Shown here: positions 55,170-63,816 of the stretch, piece after piece
Layout of the letters: the number at the start of each line of letters is the position of its first letter
Position numbering within the stretch: the first letter of the stretch is position 1
NCBI GenBank assembly: GCA_964489145.1
Contig: CAZAXL010000006.1
Coordinates: 1,614 to 65,613 of the forward strand
DNA: 64,000 nucleotides
Direction: 5' to 3'
From: an uncultured Gammaproteobacteria bacterium
GTDB taxonomy: Bacteria > Patescibacteriota > Microgenomatia > UBA8517
Notes under the pieces: model-generated
Seen by the model: only the letters and a program-made list of their open reading frames with translations
Databases searched by the model: none
Told to the model about the DNA's origin: nothing
Program-made: the position numbers and the translations under genes

Positions 55170-56966
55170 ATGAATCAAGAAAAGACGGCTCCGGATAAAA
55201 TTAAAACAAGTTCCAAACTATTTCCCAAAAATCTTTCCATAAAAACCATCATATTTTCAGCAATCGTTTTGTTTTTGTGTATTGTTGTTTTTGGTATTTC
55301 ACTTATTGTTGCCACAGGTGGCTTCAGAGGACAGGTAGATTCAACAAATTTTGGCAACTCCAATCTCTTTACAGATATCCTTATTGGCTCGATTGGAATA
55401 GGTGTCCTATCGTTTACTGTGGCAGTACTGTCAATGGCTGCTGCCCTCCTTTCGTTTTTTAAACTTATAACTTTTCATAAAAGTTTGTTGGAAATAATAT
55501 TTTTTGTGCCTAAGTTTTTTTTGGTCATGGCGACATTGCCACTGATTTTAATTTGGCGGATATTCAGGCAACCCAAAATAAGATTTGAAAAAAAATTCCT
55601 ATTGGCGGTGGTTGTGGGAGCAACTCTTTTACCGATGTGGGTTGGGGGTTATGTTGTCATGGGAAACCTTGGAGCGTATCAGTTAGGATATATTCCTGAA
55701 GATACAACCATTGTCGGAACAGGTTCGATGTATCCGACGTGGCCAAAAGGCGATGCAGGAAAAACTCCGGCGGAGTTAACAAAACAAATAGTTGGTACTG
55801 CCGGTTTTTTGCGGTATCCCAATGGCTTGGTGGTGTTTGAAAAACGAATCTTCGGTCACGATATTGGGAGGGGTGACATCATAACCTTTCGCAACTTAGC
55901 TACAGAAGAGCTGACCGAGAAAACTTCCGGCGATCCTGCGGGTTTGTTAAAAAGAGTTATTGCTCTTGCCGGGGACACAATAGAACTCCGTGATGGTCTG
56001 GTTTATCTAAATGATACTCCGATTAAGGAACAATACGTTGCAAAACCCCATACAACTTTTGGAGAGGCATTTTTAAAAGAGTGTCAAAAGGTTACAGTTC
56101 CCGAAAATAATGTTTTTACGATGGGAGATAACAGAATGGGGAGTGCAGATTCAAGAGAGATAGGGTTTGTGCCAATCTCAGATATTGATTACGTATTGCC
56201 TTACAGAGACCAAAAAGGAAAATTAGATAAAAATTGGCATGATACAACAAATGACTTGAATAATTCCTCGAAGCCAAAAATTGACAGAAATCAATTTGTA
56301 GAACTGCTTAACGCTAAAAGAAAAGAAAATGGTGCCGGTAAAATTGAATATGACACCAAACTTGAAAAATCTGCGGAGTTGAGAGGAAAGGCAATATTGA
56401 AATTTGATGATTATACATATGAAGCAACGAAAAGTGGCTACCCAATGGAAAAATCTATGGCGGGTGCAGGATATTGGAATTCTTACTGGTGGGAAGTGAT
56501 AATCCCCGGATATTACGATGCAGACGGACTAATTGAGGATTATCTGGATCGTGATACAAGCGATGCCAAGAAAAACTGGTTTGACAAAAAGTTTCAGGAT
56601 ATTGGAATCGCGGAAGTGGAAGGAGCGGTAAACGGCTGCCCGACACAGGTAATTGTCGTTCAAGTTACAGGATACATACCGGCTACATACGACCCCGATG
56701 TCGTACAGAGTTGGAGGGATGCACTAAACAATTTAAACGACATCATTCCTTCATGGGAGAAAGCTAAAGACTGGGATTATATAAATCAACAGGATCTGGC
56801 ACACCTTCTAGACCTTCTTTATAGAGAAAGAGTAATTGCATCAAACATTTTGGCAAAAGAAGATGCACGCCAGTGGTTGAGTAAAGCTGACAATGATTCA
56901 ATTGATGAATATAATAAATTGGCAAACGAGAGTTTTTCCTTGGCAAATAAACTAAACGGGAGATAG
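55170..56966 (+). CDS. lepB: Signal peptidase I (S26) with N-terminal polytopic membrane region and ~250-aa C-terminal extension
   Basis: IVGTGSMYPTWPKGD (Ser box), VFTMGDNRMGSADSRE. Confidence 0.7.
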   Translation: MNQEKTAPDKIKTSSKLFPKNLSIKTIIFSAIVLFLCIVVFGISLIVATGGFRGQVDSTNFGNSNLFTDILIGSIGIGVLSFTVAVLSMAAALLSFFKLITFHKSLLEIIFFVPKFFLVMATLPLILIWRIFRQPKIRFEKKFLLAVVVGATLLPMWVGGYVVMGNLGAYQLGYIPEDTTIVGTGSMYPTWPKGDAGKTPAELTKQIVGTAGFLRYPNGLVVFEKRIFGHDIGRGDIITFRNLATEELTEKTSGDPAGLLKRVIALAGDTIELRDGLVYLNDTPIKEQYVAKPHTTFGEAFLKECQKVTVPENNVFTMGDNRMGSADSREIGFVPISDIDYVLPYRDQKGKLDKNWHDTTNDLNNSSKPKIDRNQFVELLNAKRKENGAGKIEYDTKLEKSAELRGKAILKFDDYTYEATKSGYPMEKSMAGAGYWNSYWWEVIIPGYYDADGLIEDYLDRDTSDAKKNWFDKKFQDIGIAEVEGAVNGCPTQVIVVQVTGYIPATYDPDVVQSWRDALNNLNDIIPSWEKAKDWDYINQQDLAHLLDLLYRERVIASNILAKEDARQWLSKADNDSIDEYNKLANESFSLANKLNGR

Positions 56967-56980
56967 TATCATCATCGTTT

Positions 56981-57826
56981 ATGTGTATTGACTTTTTTAT
57001 TACTGAAGTAGAAAATGGGCACATGTCAGGAAAAACAAAATCCCCAAAAAACATCCAGCAGTTTCTTGTTCCAGCGCTTGCAATTGTGGCGATAGGCTTA
57101 GCTTTCCTGTCGGGAACACTTCTCCAAAAGGTAAAAAATTATGAAAAAGACGGAAATGCCGGCACAGCCACAAAAGAAACTACTCAGGTAGAACCCTCAG
57201 TATCACTGGATACAATCAAAGGTCTTTTTGATAAGGATTTGGTTAAATTCGGAGATGTCGATCGCAAAGTCCTGTTTGTTGAGATGGCAGACCCTTCTTG
57301 CCCTTACTGTGCCGCGGCCGACGGAAAAAATCGCTCGATATATACAAGTGTTGGAGAAACCTTTCGGCTTACTGCGGATGGAGGACAGTATGTCGCACCC
57401 GGGACAGAGATTCAAAAATTGGTTAATTCAGGACAGGCATCCTACGTTTACATTTATTATCCCGGACACGGCAATGGGGAAATGGGGATGAAAGCTCTTT
57501 ATTGTGCCAATGAGAAAGGTAAATTCTGGGAAGCACACGACCTCATTATGAGCGATGCTGGTTATACTTTAGTGAACACCACGGTTAAAAATGATAAAAC
57601 AAAATCAGGCATAGTTGCTGATTTTCTGAAAAGTGTAATCGACCCAAATTTTACGAAATCGTGTCTGGATAGCGGTAAATATGACGCGAGACTGCAAAGT
57701 GATCAGAGTTTAGCAACAAGTCTGGGAATCCAGGGGACTCCTACTTTTTACGTGAACGCAACCAGTTTCCCCGGTGCATATAACTACACCGATATGAAAT
57801 CCGCAGTTGACTCCGCTTTGAAGTAA
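56981..57826 (+). CDS. DsbA-like thiol:disulfide oxidoreductase
   Basis: TM anchor then CPYC; alternative start ATG 57023. Confidence 0.6.
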   Translation: MCIDFFITEVENGHMSGKTKSPKNIQQFLVPALAIVAIGLAFLSGTLLQKVKNYEKDGNAGTATKETTQVEPSVSLDTIKGLFDKDLVKFGDVDRKVLFVEMADPSCPYCAAADGKNRSIYTSVGETFRLTADGGQYVAPGTEIQKLVNSGQASYVYIYYPGHGNGEMGMKALYCANEKGKFWEAHDLIMSDAGYTLVNTTVKNDKTKSGIVADFLKSVIDPNFTKSCLDSGKYDARLQSDQSLATSLGIQGTPTFYVNATSFPGAYNYTDMKSAVDSALK

Positions 57827-57830
57827 GTAA

Positions 57831-58652
57831 ATGAGGAAACAAGGAAGTAAAATCAGCGAAGCTTCGATTTCGCAAATAAAAATTAATGTTCCTGTAAAGG
57901 GAAATATCATCTTGGAAAAAATTCTTGACATGGTTAATTCAAACAGGGAATTGAAGACTCTTTGGAGAATAATGAATGTAAACGCGATTGAACGGCTTGG
58001 ATATACGGATCACGGGCCAATGCATTTTAACTTTGTCGCCAATTATGCTTTACAAATCGCACGGATTTTTGAAAACAAGGGGATCCCGTTTTCAATCGTA
58101 AAAGATTTTAGCCTGACGAATAACCATGCCGAAGTGGTAATTTTTTTGGCCTCCCTAATGCATGACCTTGGAATGAGCATCCATAGAGTCAACCATGAAA
58201 TGTTCAGCCTTTTTATTGCCCGCGATTTTTTGAAAGAAATGCTGGATTTTATGCCAATCGAAGAAAAAACAGTTGTCCTGAGCGAAACACTGCACGCGAT
58301 TATTAGCCATAGCCATGGAAGTGCCGGCAAGACCTCTACTGTCGAAGGGGGAATTGTCAGAATCGCGGACGCGCTTGATATGAGTAAAGGTAGAAGCAGG
58401 ATTCCGTACCAAATGGGAAAAATCGATATTCACTCGGTATCCGCCAACGCCATTGAAAGCGTTAAAGTTACCGAGGGCAAAGACAAACCGGTTGAGGTCA
58501 GGATTGTTATGACGACCGAAGCGGGAGTTTTTCAGGTAGATGACTTTATTGAGGAAAAACTGGAAGTTTCAGGGCTTACCAAATACATCGATGTAAAGTC
58601 TTTCTTAAAAGAAAATGGCACAGAGAGGGTTTATAAGCATTACTCTTCCTGA
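57831..58652 (+). CDS. HD-domain phosphohydrolase
   Basis: H...HDLG...H...D pattern (LMHDLGMSIH, RIADALD). Confidence 0.55.
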   Translation: MRKQGSKISEASISQIKINVPVKGNIILEKILDMVNSNRELKTLWRIMNVNAIERLGYTDHGPMHFNFVANYALQIARIFENKGIPFSIVKDFSLTNNHAEVVIFLASLMHDLGMSIHRVNHEMFSLFIARDFLKEMLDFMPIEEKTVVLSETLHAIISHSHGSAGKTSTVEGGIVRIADALDMSKGRSRIPYQMGKIDIHSVSANAIESVKVTEGKDKPVEVRIVMTTEAGVFQVDDFIEEKLEVSGLTKYIDVKSFLKENGTERVYKHYSS

Positions 58653-59179
58653 ATTGACTCCAGAACCTTGTAGACGATAACAGCTGCAGATCCCCAAACG
58701 TTGAGGGACTTGTTTACACCAAACATAGGAAGCTCAACTATTACGTCTGCCAAGTCCAGTACTTCTTTTGAAATTCCGTCAGTTTCGTTGCCAACAACTA
58801 TCGCGACAGGAAACCCCACCTTGGTACTTAGTACAGAGTAGGGAGTACTCAGTGGGGACTGTTCTACGGCAATGATCTGTACCCCTTTCTGTTTTAACTC
58901 TTTCACCAAATCTATCGTATTTTCCTTTTTTTCCCAAGGAACCCATTCTTCGGTTCCAACAGCCGCTTTATGGATTCGGCTGTTTGGGGGGTACTCGGTA
59001 TCATCGCAGATGTACATTTTTTCAGCGGCAATTGCATCGGCAAGACGGAATAAAGAACCAATATTGTAGGTATCTATTACTCGATCTAAAACCAAATAAA
59101 TTGGTTTTCTTTTTATTGTTGAATACGTTTCCGGAGTAGGGCGGGTACGTCTCAAATCTTTTGCACCAAGCTTAAACAT
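58640..59179 (-). CDS. TrmH/SpoU-family RNA 2'-O-methyltransferase
   Basis: NIGSLFRLADA, VGNETDGIS, SLNVWGSAAV; start moved to ATG 59179 because the ORF-track start (59191) lies inside tRNA-Glu. Confidence 0.7.
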   Translation of the reverse strand: MFKLGAKDLRRTRPTPETYSTIKRKPIYLVLDRVIDTYNIGSLFRLADAIAAEKMYICDDTEYPPNSRIHKAAVGTEEWVPWEKKENTIDLVKELKQKGVQIIAVEQSPLSTPYSVLSTKVGFPVAIVVGNETDGISKEVLDLADVIVELPMFGVNKSLNVWGSAAVIVYKVLESIQEE

Positions 59180-59182
59180 AAG

Positions 59183-59256
59183 TGACCCCATTGGGATTCG
59201 GACCCAAGATTTCTGGGATGAAAACCCAGCGTCCTAGACCACTAGACGATGGGGCC
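59183..59256 (-). tRNA. tRNA-Glu (anticodon UUC); CCA not encoded
   Basis: GGCCCCA-TC-GTCT..GGAC-CTGGG-TTTTCAT-CCCAG-..-TTGGG-TCCGAAT-CCCAA-TGGGGTC-A; T-loop has C at position 55. Confidence 0.8.
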
Positions 59257-59267
59257 ATGTTGATATG

Positions 59268-59339
59268 TGAGCCCTCTGGGACTCGAACCCAGAACCGCTT
59301 CCTTAAAAGGGAATTGCTCTACCATTGAGCTAAGGGCCC
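59268..59339 (-). tRNA. tRNA-Lys (anticodon UUU); CCA not encoded
   Basis: GGGCCCT-TA-GCTC-AATGGTA-GAGC-ATTCC-CTTTTAA-GGAAG-..-CTGGG-TTCGAGT-CCCAG-AGGGCTC-A. Confidence 0.8.
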
Positions 59340-59358
59340 TCATGGGGCACCTTGGATA

Positions 59359-59394
59359 AATGGCAAGATATTCTTACCATTGAGCTAAGGGCCC
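59359..59394 (-). other. tRNA-Lys 5' fragment (20-22 nt identical to the tRNA-Lys 5' end) fused to a 9-bp hairpin (AATGGTAAG/CTTGCCATT), ~20 nt upstream of tRNA-Lys
   Basis: GGGCCCTTAGCTCAATGGTA-AGAATATCTTGCCATT in tRNA orientation. Confidence 0.6.
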
Positions 59395-59443
59395 GCGTAA
59401 GCTCATATTTTACTCGTTTAGAGGTAATTCCTCAAGCTGGAGG

Positions 59444-60088
59444 TTAGACTCTTTCTTTTGATAGCCGTGTGGAAGTTTCTAATTCGATCTCAGGAATGGT
59501 TTTTTCAGCATTAACTACTATCAATCTGTCCTCGATTGCCAGCCTTTCTATTAGTGGTCTGGTTAACTCATGGAAAGTTCTTAACTTTTTCTCGACCGAT
59601 TCCGGCCTGTCATCGTCCCTGGGAAGTAGGCCACTGGCTTTGGCAATATCATTTCTCATTTTAGATCTTTCTCTGGTAGTTTCATCGGAAACCGGATAAT
59701 AAATATAGTGGGGGATTATTTCAAAATCTTTGGACATTTCGATGAACATATCATCCACCAGATTTAACTGAGTAACAGTTCTGGGAAATCCTGTAAACAG
59801 GAAAGTGGTAATGCCGTTTTCGGTCTTTTCCAGAAGTACCTCTTTTACTATTTTGACGATTGGCTCATCCGGAATATAGCCTCCGGAATCGACATTGGCA
59901 ATATAAGGTTCCAAAACGCTGTGATATTTGGCAAAATCTCCGACACAATCTCTTGCCCCTCTATAAATTTCCCCCGTGGAGAGTTTTATGGAGTCTTGCA
60001 ACTTTTCAAGCAGAAGATTCGCCTGTGTATCTTTGCCAGACCCACCCTTGCCGATAAAAAAGATAAATTTTAGAGGTGCTCTTTCCAT
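59444..60088 (-). CDS. adk: Adenylate kinase family nucleoside-monophosphate kinase
   Basis: GKGGSGKDTQA P-loop, LFTGFPRTVTQ; start moved to MERAPLKF (ATG 60088). Confidence 0.75.
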   Translation of the reverse strand: MERAPLKFIFFIGKGGSGKDTQANLLLEKLQDSIKLSTGEIYRGARDCVGDFAKYHSVLEPYIANVDSGGYIPDEPIVKIVKEVLLEKTENGITTFLFTGFPRTVTQLNLVDDMFIEMSKDFEIIPHYIYYPVSDETTRERSKMRNDIAKASGLLPRDDDRPESVEKKLRTFHELTRPLIERLAIEDRLIVVNAEKTIPEIELETSTRLSKERV

Positions 60089-60184
60089 AATGGGAATATA
60101 GCGGGGAAGTCCAAAATAATCAAGATGAGACAAGCTCGCGGTTTTTGGAAAACTGGTATAAAATACACATGCCAGACAGAACAT

Positions 60185-60219
60185 TGGGGAGTCGTCTAAT
60201 GGTAAGGAAACCTTGCCAT
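60185..60219 (+). other. tRNA-Gln 5' fragment (20 nt identical to the tRNA-Gln 5' end) fused to a hairpin (AATGGTAAG..CTTGCCAT), 27 nt upstream of tRNA-Gln
   Basis: TGGGGAGTCGTCTAATGGTA-AGGAAACCTTGCCAT; tail homologous to the Lys fragment tail. Confidence 0.6.
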
Positions 60220-60245
60220 CAGCCTTCCAGTTTTAGTTTTAATAT

Positions 60246-60317
60246 TGGGGAGTCGTCTAATGGTAGGACAGCAGCCTTTGAAGCTGTTTATTCTAGGTTC
60301 GAATCCTAGCTCCCCAG
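60246..60317 (+). tRNA. tRNA-Gln (anticodon UUG); U1-A72, G73; CCA not encoded
   Basis: TGGGGAG-TC-GTCT-AATGGTA-GGAC-GCAGC-CTTTGAA-GCTGT-TTATT-CTAGG-TTCGAAT-CCTAG-CTCCCCA-G. Confidence 0.8.
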
Positions 60318-60358
60318 CAAAACTTGGAGGCTTACACGCTAGTTAATTTCAAAAAATC

Positions 60359-60829
60359 ATGGCAGTAAATCTTAATAACTATTTTGAAATCAAAGATATT
60401 TTAGACAAAGACGGCATAGACTCTATTTTATACGGTTCTCTTGGTGTTTCAGTTTACCTCGGCAATTTCAGAGAATTTGACGATGTCGACCTTCTTGTTA
60501 ACAAGGATTTTGTAGAAAGTCGATGGCAGGAATTAAAAGAAATAATGACAAGGGAAGGTTTCTCAGTTTTAGATGAGAAGGAGCATGAATTTATTAATTC
60601 TAAAGGAGTCAAAATCGCTTTTGCTGGAAATAATGTTTTAGAAAGAGATGAAATATGTACTTTAGATACAGGTGTGATTGAGGTTGAAAAAGACGGTAAG
60701 AAAATCAGAACAATAACCAAAGATGCATTTATAAATGCATATCTTTTTAGTTCTACTGATGGCTATAGAAAAGAAAAAAGGGGGAGAAGTGATTTAGATA
60801 TTGTAGATAGTTTAAAAAAATTACAATAA
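60359..60829 (+). CDS. Nucleotidyltransferase-fold protein (minimal Pol-beta-type NTase)
   Basis: YGSLGVSVYLGNFREFDDVDLLV (GS...DxD). Confidence 0.45.
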   Translation: MAVNLNNYFEIKDILDKDGIDSILYGSLGVSVYLGNFREFDDVDLLVNKDFVESRWQELKEIMTREGFSVLDEKEHEFINSKGVKIAFAGNNVLERDEICTLDTGVIEVEKDGKKIRTITKDAFINAYLFSSTDGYRKEKRGRSDLDIVDSLKKLQ

Positions 60830-60933
60830 CAAAAAAGTTCTGATATAGTTCCAGATGCTCAGCCATTCAACTTGTCGAATTCACTCATGGTCTTCGGCCA
60901 TTCGACAAAAACACAATTGCAATATAATTAGTT

Positions 60934-61197
60934 ATGTCTTATTTCGTTTATATTCTCCGTACATCTTCAGATACGCTTTATATTGGTCAAACAAATAATC
61001 TAGAGAAAAGGTTAAAAGAACACAAAAATAAATCTACTAAATCCGCCAAGTATATTCGGTATTTTGACTCGGTGGACTTGGTTTATTCAGAAACACACAC
61101 AACCAGAAAAGAGGCAATGCAAAGAGAATCAAAACTTAAGAAATTGACCAAGGTCAAAAAGGAAGCGCTGATATCCGGAAAAGGGGAGTGTTTATAA
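60934..61197 (+). CDS. GIY-YIG nuclease family protein
   Basis: YFVYIL..SDTLYIGQTNNLEKRLKEH. Confidence 0.75.
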   Translation: MSYFVYILRTSSDTLYIGQTNNLEKRLKEHKNKSTKSAKYIRYFDSVDLVYSETHTTRKEAMQRESKLKKLTKVKKEALISGKGECL

Positions 61198-61205
61198 GCT
61201 TAACT

Positions 61206-61982
61206 TCACAGTTTTTTGGCTTTGATTGCCATGAATAGGGGAATTTCGTTTCTGCTTCTGTTTTCCATCCGCGCTGCTTTTCCTTCACTTTCTTTGTCAG
61301 AGGTCCATTCCTCGATAAGCTCAATTACAAACCCGGCATCTTTTAACATCTTGGAATAAGAAGAGAGGGGAAAGTGATAGCTCATTGTAATTTCACTTCC
61401 TCTGTCACTCGGATTCATATTAATTGGAATATCCATAGGGCTCATGTATTTATCAATTCTTCTGTATTGAATTTTTCTGTCCGCATCCAGTCCCCAGGAA
61501 GATTGTCTGGGAATTCTAAAGGCAGGGTGGTTTAGAACCACAACTAAATCCCCGTTTTTTGTGAGATGTTGCGATACGTTTTGGAGCGCTTTGACAGGAC
61601 TTTTGATGTTTTGTAGGGCAAGAATGATTGCAGCGTGAGTAAAATCGTTGGAAGCTTGTAAGGGTTTTGTAACATCGGATACCAGATATTTATGTTTCGG
61701 ATTCCGATCATTTCGTTTGGCGGAGTTAACGAGGGACAGCGCCATATCAATACCCAGGTATTCGACACTTTGCGGCAGCGACTTTGCCAAAACTCCGTTT
61801 CCACAGGCCAAATCCAATAATTTATAATTAATGGCTGATGGTTGAGAACTAATATCCAGAAGGCGGAGAACGCCGGGGATTACTACGTGTTGATGGTAAT
61901 AATGTCCGCGGCCTTGTTCGGTAACCCGGTTGTACCACGGAGCAACTTTTTGCCAAGAACTCCTTGAAAAGTTTTTGCGCAT
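61206..61982 (-). CDS. Class I SAM-dependent methyltransferase
   Basis: LLDLACGNGVL motif I; start moved to MRKNFSRSSWQK (ATG 61982). Confidence 0.7.
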   Translation of the reverse strand: MRKNFSRSSWQKVAPWYNRVTEQGRGHYYHQHVVIPGVLRLLDISSQPSAINYKLLDLACGNGVLAKSLPQSVEYLGIDMALSLVNSAKRNDRNPKHKYLVSDVTKPLQASNDFTHAAIILALQNIKSPVKALQNVSQHLTKNGDLVVVLNHPAFRIPRQSSWGLDADRKIQYRRIDKYMSPMDIPINMNPSDRGSEITMSYHFPLSSYSKMLKDAGFVIELIEEWTSDKESEGKAARMENRSRNEIPLFMAIKAKKL

Positions 61983-62025
61983 AAAACAATTATACATAAA
62001 TAGTGTAAAATGTTTTTCAAGCTCG

Positions 62026-62304
62026 ATGCGTTGCGAAATTCTCTCCCTGGCCAGAAGTTTGAGAAAATATCCCAATTTAACATGCAACGAGGAGTGCGAG
62101 ATAAAACACGAGTGCGTTTTTTCCACTGACGACTTGATTTTCCCTAAGGTAGACATAAAAGAGGGCCCCCACAACGAAAATATAATTGATGGTACAAACA
62201 TGAATTTAGAAGATATTCTCAAGAGTCTAGGCAGTGACAACGGCAGGAAAAATTTACCTAAAGATATGCTTCAGCTAATAAATGACGACAGCGGCGAAAT
62301 ATAG
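62026..62304 (+). CDS. Hypothetical Cys-rich small protein
   Basis: ORF only; start chosen downstream of the overlap with the methyltransferase. Confidence 0.25.
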   Translation: MRCEILSLARSLRKYPNLTCNEECEIKHECVFSTDDLIFPKVDIKEGPHNENIIDGTNMNLEDILKSLGSDNGRKNLPKDMLQLINDDSGEI

Positions 62305-62375
62305 GAGTATAATTCGCGGTAGTTAGCACATTTCGGCTTAATAAATTCCATTTTTAGACAAAAAGGAGACCAAAG

Positions 62376-62675
62376 ATGGCTGAACAGATGGAAGCACTGG
62401 TTAAGGAACTCGAAAGATCACTCGAGTTCTATTCGTCAGACGATGATACTGTAAAATTGGTTACAGTTGAAATCGAGAAACACCATTATTTTTTTGGGAA
62501 CCCCCGTGTCAGCAAGCCTCATAATCGAAGAATTTCCATAAATGGGTTCAGAGATTACCGTAGCACAAATAGCTGTGCGGGGTGGATTAAAGAGCAATTG
62601 CTCTTGGATGGATGGTCGATAGACCAGAGAAAAGGGGTTGCCCATAACGAGAAGTGGTTTAAAAAACCAAAATAA
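62376..62675 (+). CDS. Hypothetical 99-aa protein (family A, copy 1)
   Basis: Shares I.G[FY]...S...A.W[IL]...L...GW...W[FY][KR]K pattern with 62865..63161. Confidence 0.4.
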   Translation: MAEQMEALVKELERSLEFYSSDDDTVKLVTVEIEKHHYFFGNPRVSKPHNRRISINGFRDYRSTNSCAGWIKEQLLLDGWSIDQRKGVAHNEKWFKKPK

Positions 62676-62699
62676 AAAAGGAAACAATAAGGCCGAAAA

Positions 62700-62734
62700 A
62701 AGGCACAACTTTCAAAATAAGCTGTGCCTTTTTT
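62700..62734 (+). terminator. Candidate intrinsic terminator
   Basis: aaggcacaac/gctgtgcctt stem then T6. Confidence 0.5.
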
Positions 62735-62864
62735 ATTGGTATTCAGAAAAATCCAAACTTAAAAATTGACCGATAGTGGTACAATTGTAGCCAAGATTAG
62801 CCAAATGCGGCAAAATCAAAAGTTTTCGGTTCGCAAATTAACATAAACCCAAGAGAGGAGAGAT

Positions 62865-63161
62865 ATGTCAATACACAGCATGATTTTTGTTCGTGTAACT
62901 GGCAGTACCGTTCAAATCATGACGTCTCATGACGATATCATGACGTGGATCAGTAATTCCATTGAGGCGCATAAGACCAGAAATAGTCTTAAAATTGACA
63001 GTTCAAACAAGAATTGGCTGACAATATGCGGCTACAGTGGGCGCGAAAGTGCTATTCTGTATGCATCCTGGCTGGTCAGGTTCCTTAGTAGCAACGGTTG
63101 GCGAGAAGTAACCTACAATGAATATATTGATGGGCATTGGTATAGAAAGGAGGCGGAATAG
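62865..63161 (+). CDS. Hypothetical 98-aa protein (family A, copy 2)
   Basis: Distant paralog of 62376..62675. Confidence 0.4.
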   Translation: MSIHSMIFVRVTGSTVQIMTSHDDIMTWISNSIEAHKTRNSLKIDSSNKNWLTICGYSGRESAILYASWLVRFLSSNGWREVTYNEYIDGHWYRKEAE

Positions 63162-63179
63162 AAAAAGGGTTTAAGAACA

Positions 63180-63226
63180 AAGACCACTCTAGTAAGTGAA
63201 TAAACAAGAGTGGTCTTTTCTTTTGG
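63180..63226 (+). terminator. Candidate intrinsic terminator
   Basis: Perfect 11-bp stem aagaccactct/agagtggtctt then ttcttttg. Confidence 0.55.
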
Positions 63227-63276
63227 GAAAAAAGTGTGTTTGACATTAAATTTTATAACTGTTATTTTTTCCTTGT

Positions 63277-63816
63277 ATGACTCCTGATAGAAAAATTTTG
63301 AAAGTCGATAAGCCTTTCACTGGGTGTAAGGTTTATTTCTCCAATTCCATTTCAGTATTGGCCAACCAAGAGGCCGGTCTGGGGTCTAGGGTTATTGAGT
63401 ACATGGTTGAAAACGGAGCACACGTGTTGGACCGGCACGTTGGAGGAAAAGATGAGGCAGAAAGAATTATGATATTTAAAAAAGAATTCGGATTTGACTA
63501 TAACGATAAAGAAAACCCTAAAAGTGCGCTGGAGCAGAAGGATATTGAGTTGGTCGATCGGGCAACCCATGTAATTGCTTTTGTTGACGGACCAAGCCAT
63601 GGAGTGGGGAATGAAATTCAAAGAGCAATCGATAGATATGAATTTAAAGGGGAAAGTGTCCAAATTCTTTGCTTAATCAGTGAAGAAAATGCCAAAAAAC
63701 TTTCTTGGATGATAAGTGGAAAGGACAACCCCAAGTACCCGATGTTTCATCTGAGAACGTATAGAAGTGTTGAGGATGCCAAAACTCAGATTTTTGGGTT
63801 TTTGATGATGGGGTAA
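63277..63816 (+). CDS. Nucleoside 2-deoxyribosyltransferase-like fold protein
   Basis: VIAFVDGPSHGVGNEIQRA resembles the NDT D-x-G-x-x-E-x-G-x-A catalytic region. Confidence 0.4.
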   Translation: MTPDRKILKVDKPFTGCKVYFSNSISVLANQEAGLGSRVIEYMVENGAHVLDRHVGGKDEAERIMIFKKEFGFDYNDKENPKSALEQKDIELVDRATHVIAFVDGPSHGVGNEIQRAIDRYEFKGESVQILCLISEENAKKLSWMISGKDNPKYPMFHLRTYRSVEDAKTQIFGFLMMG

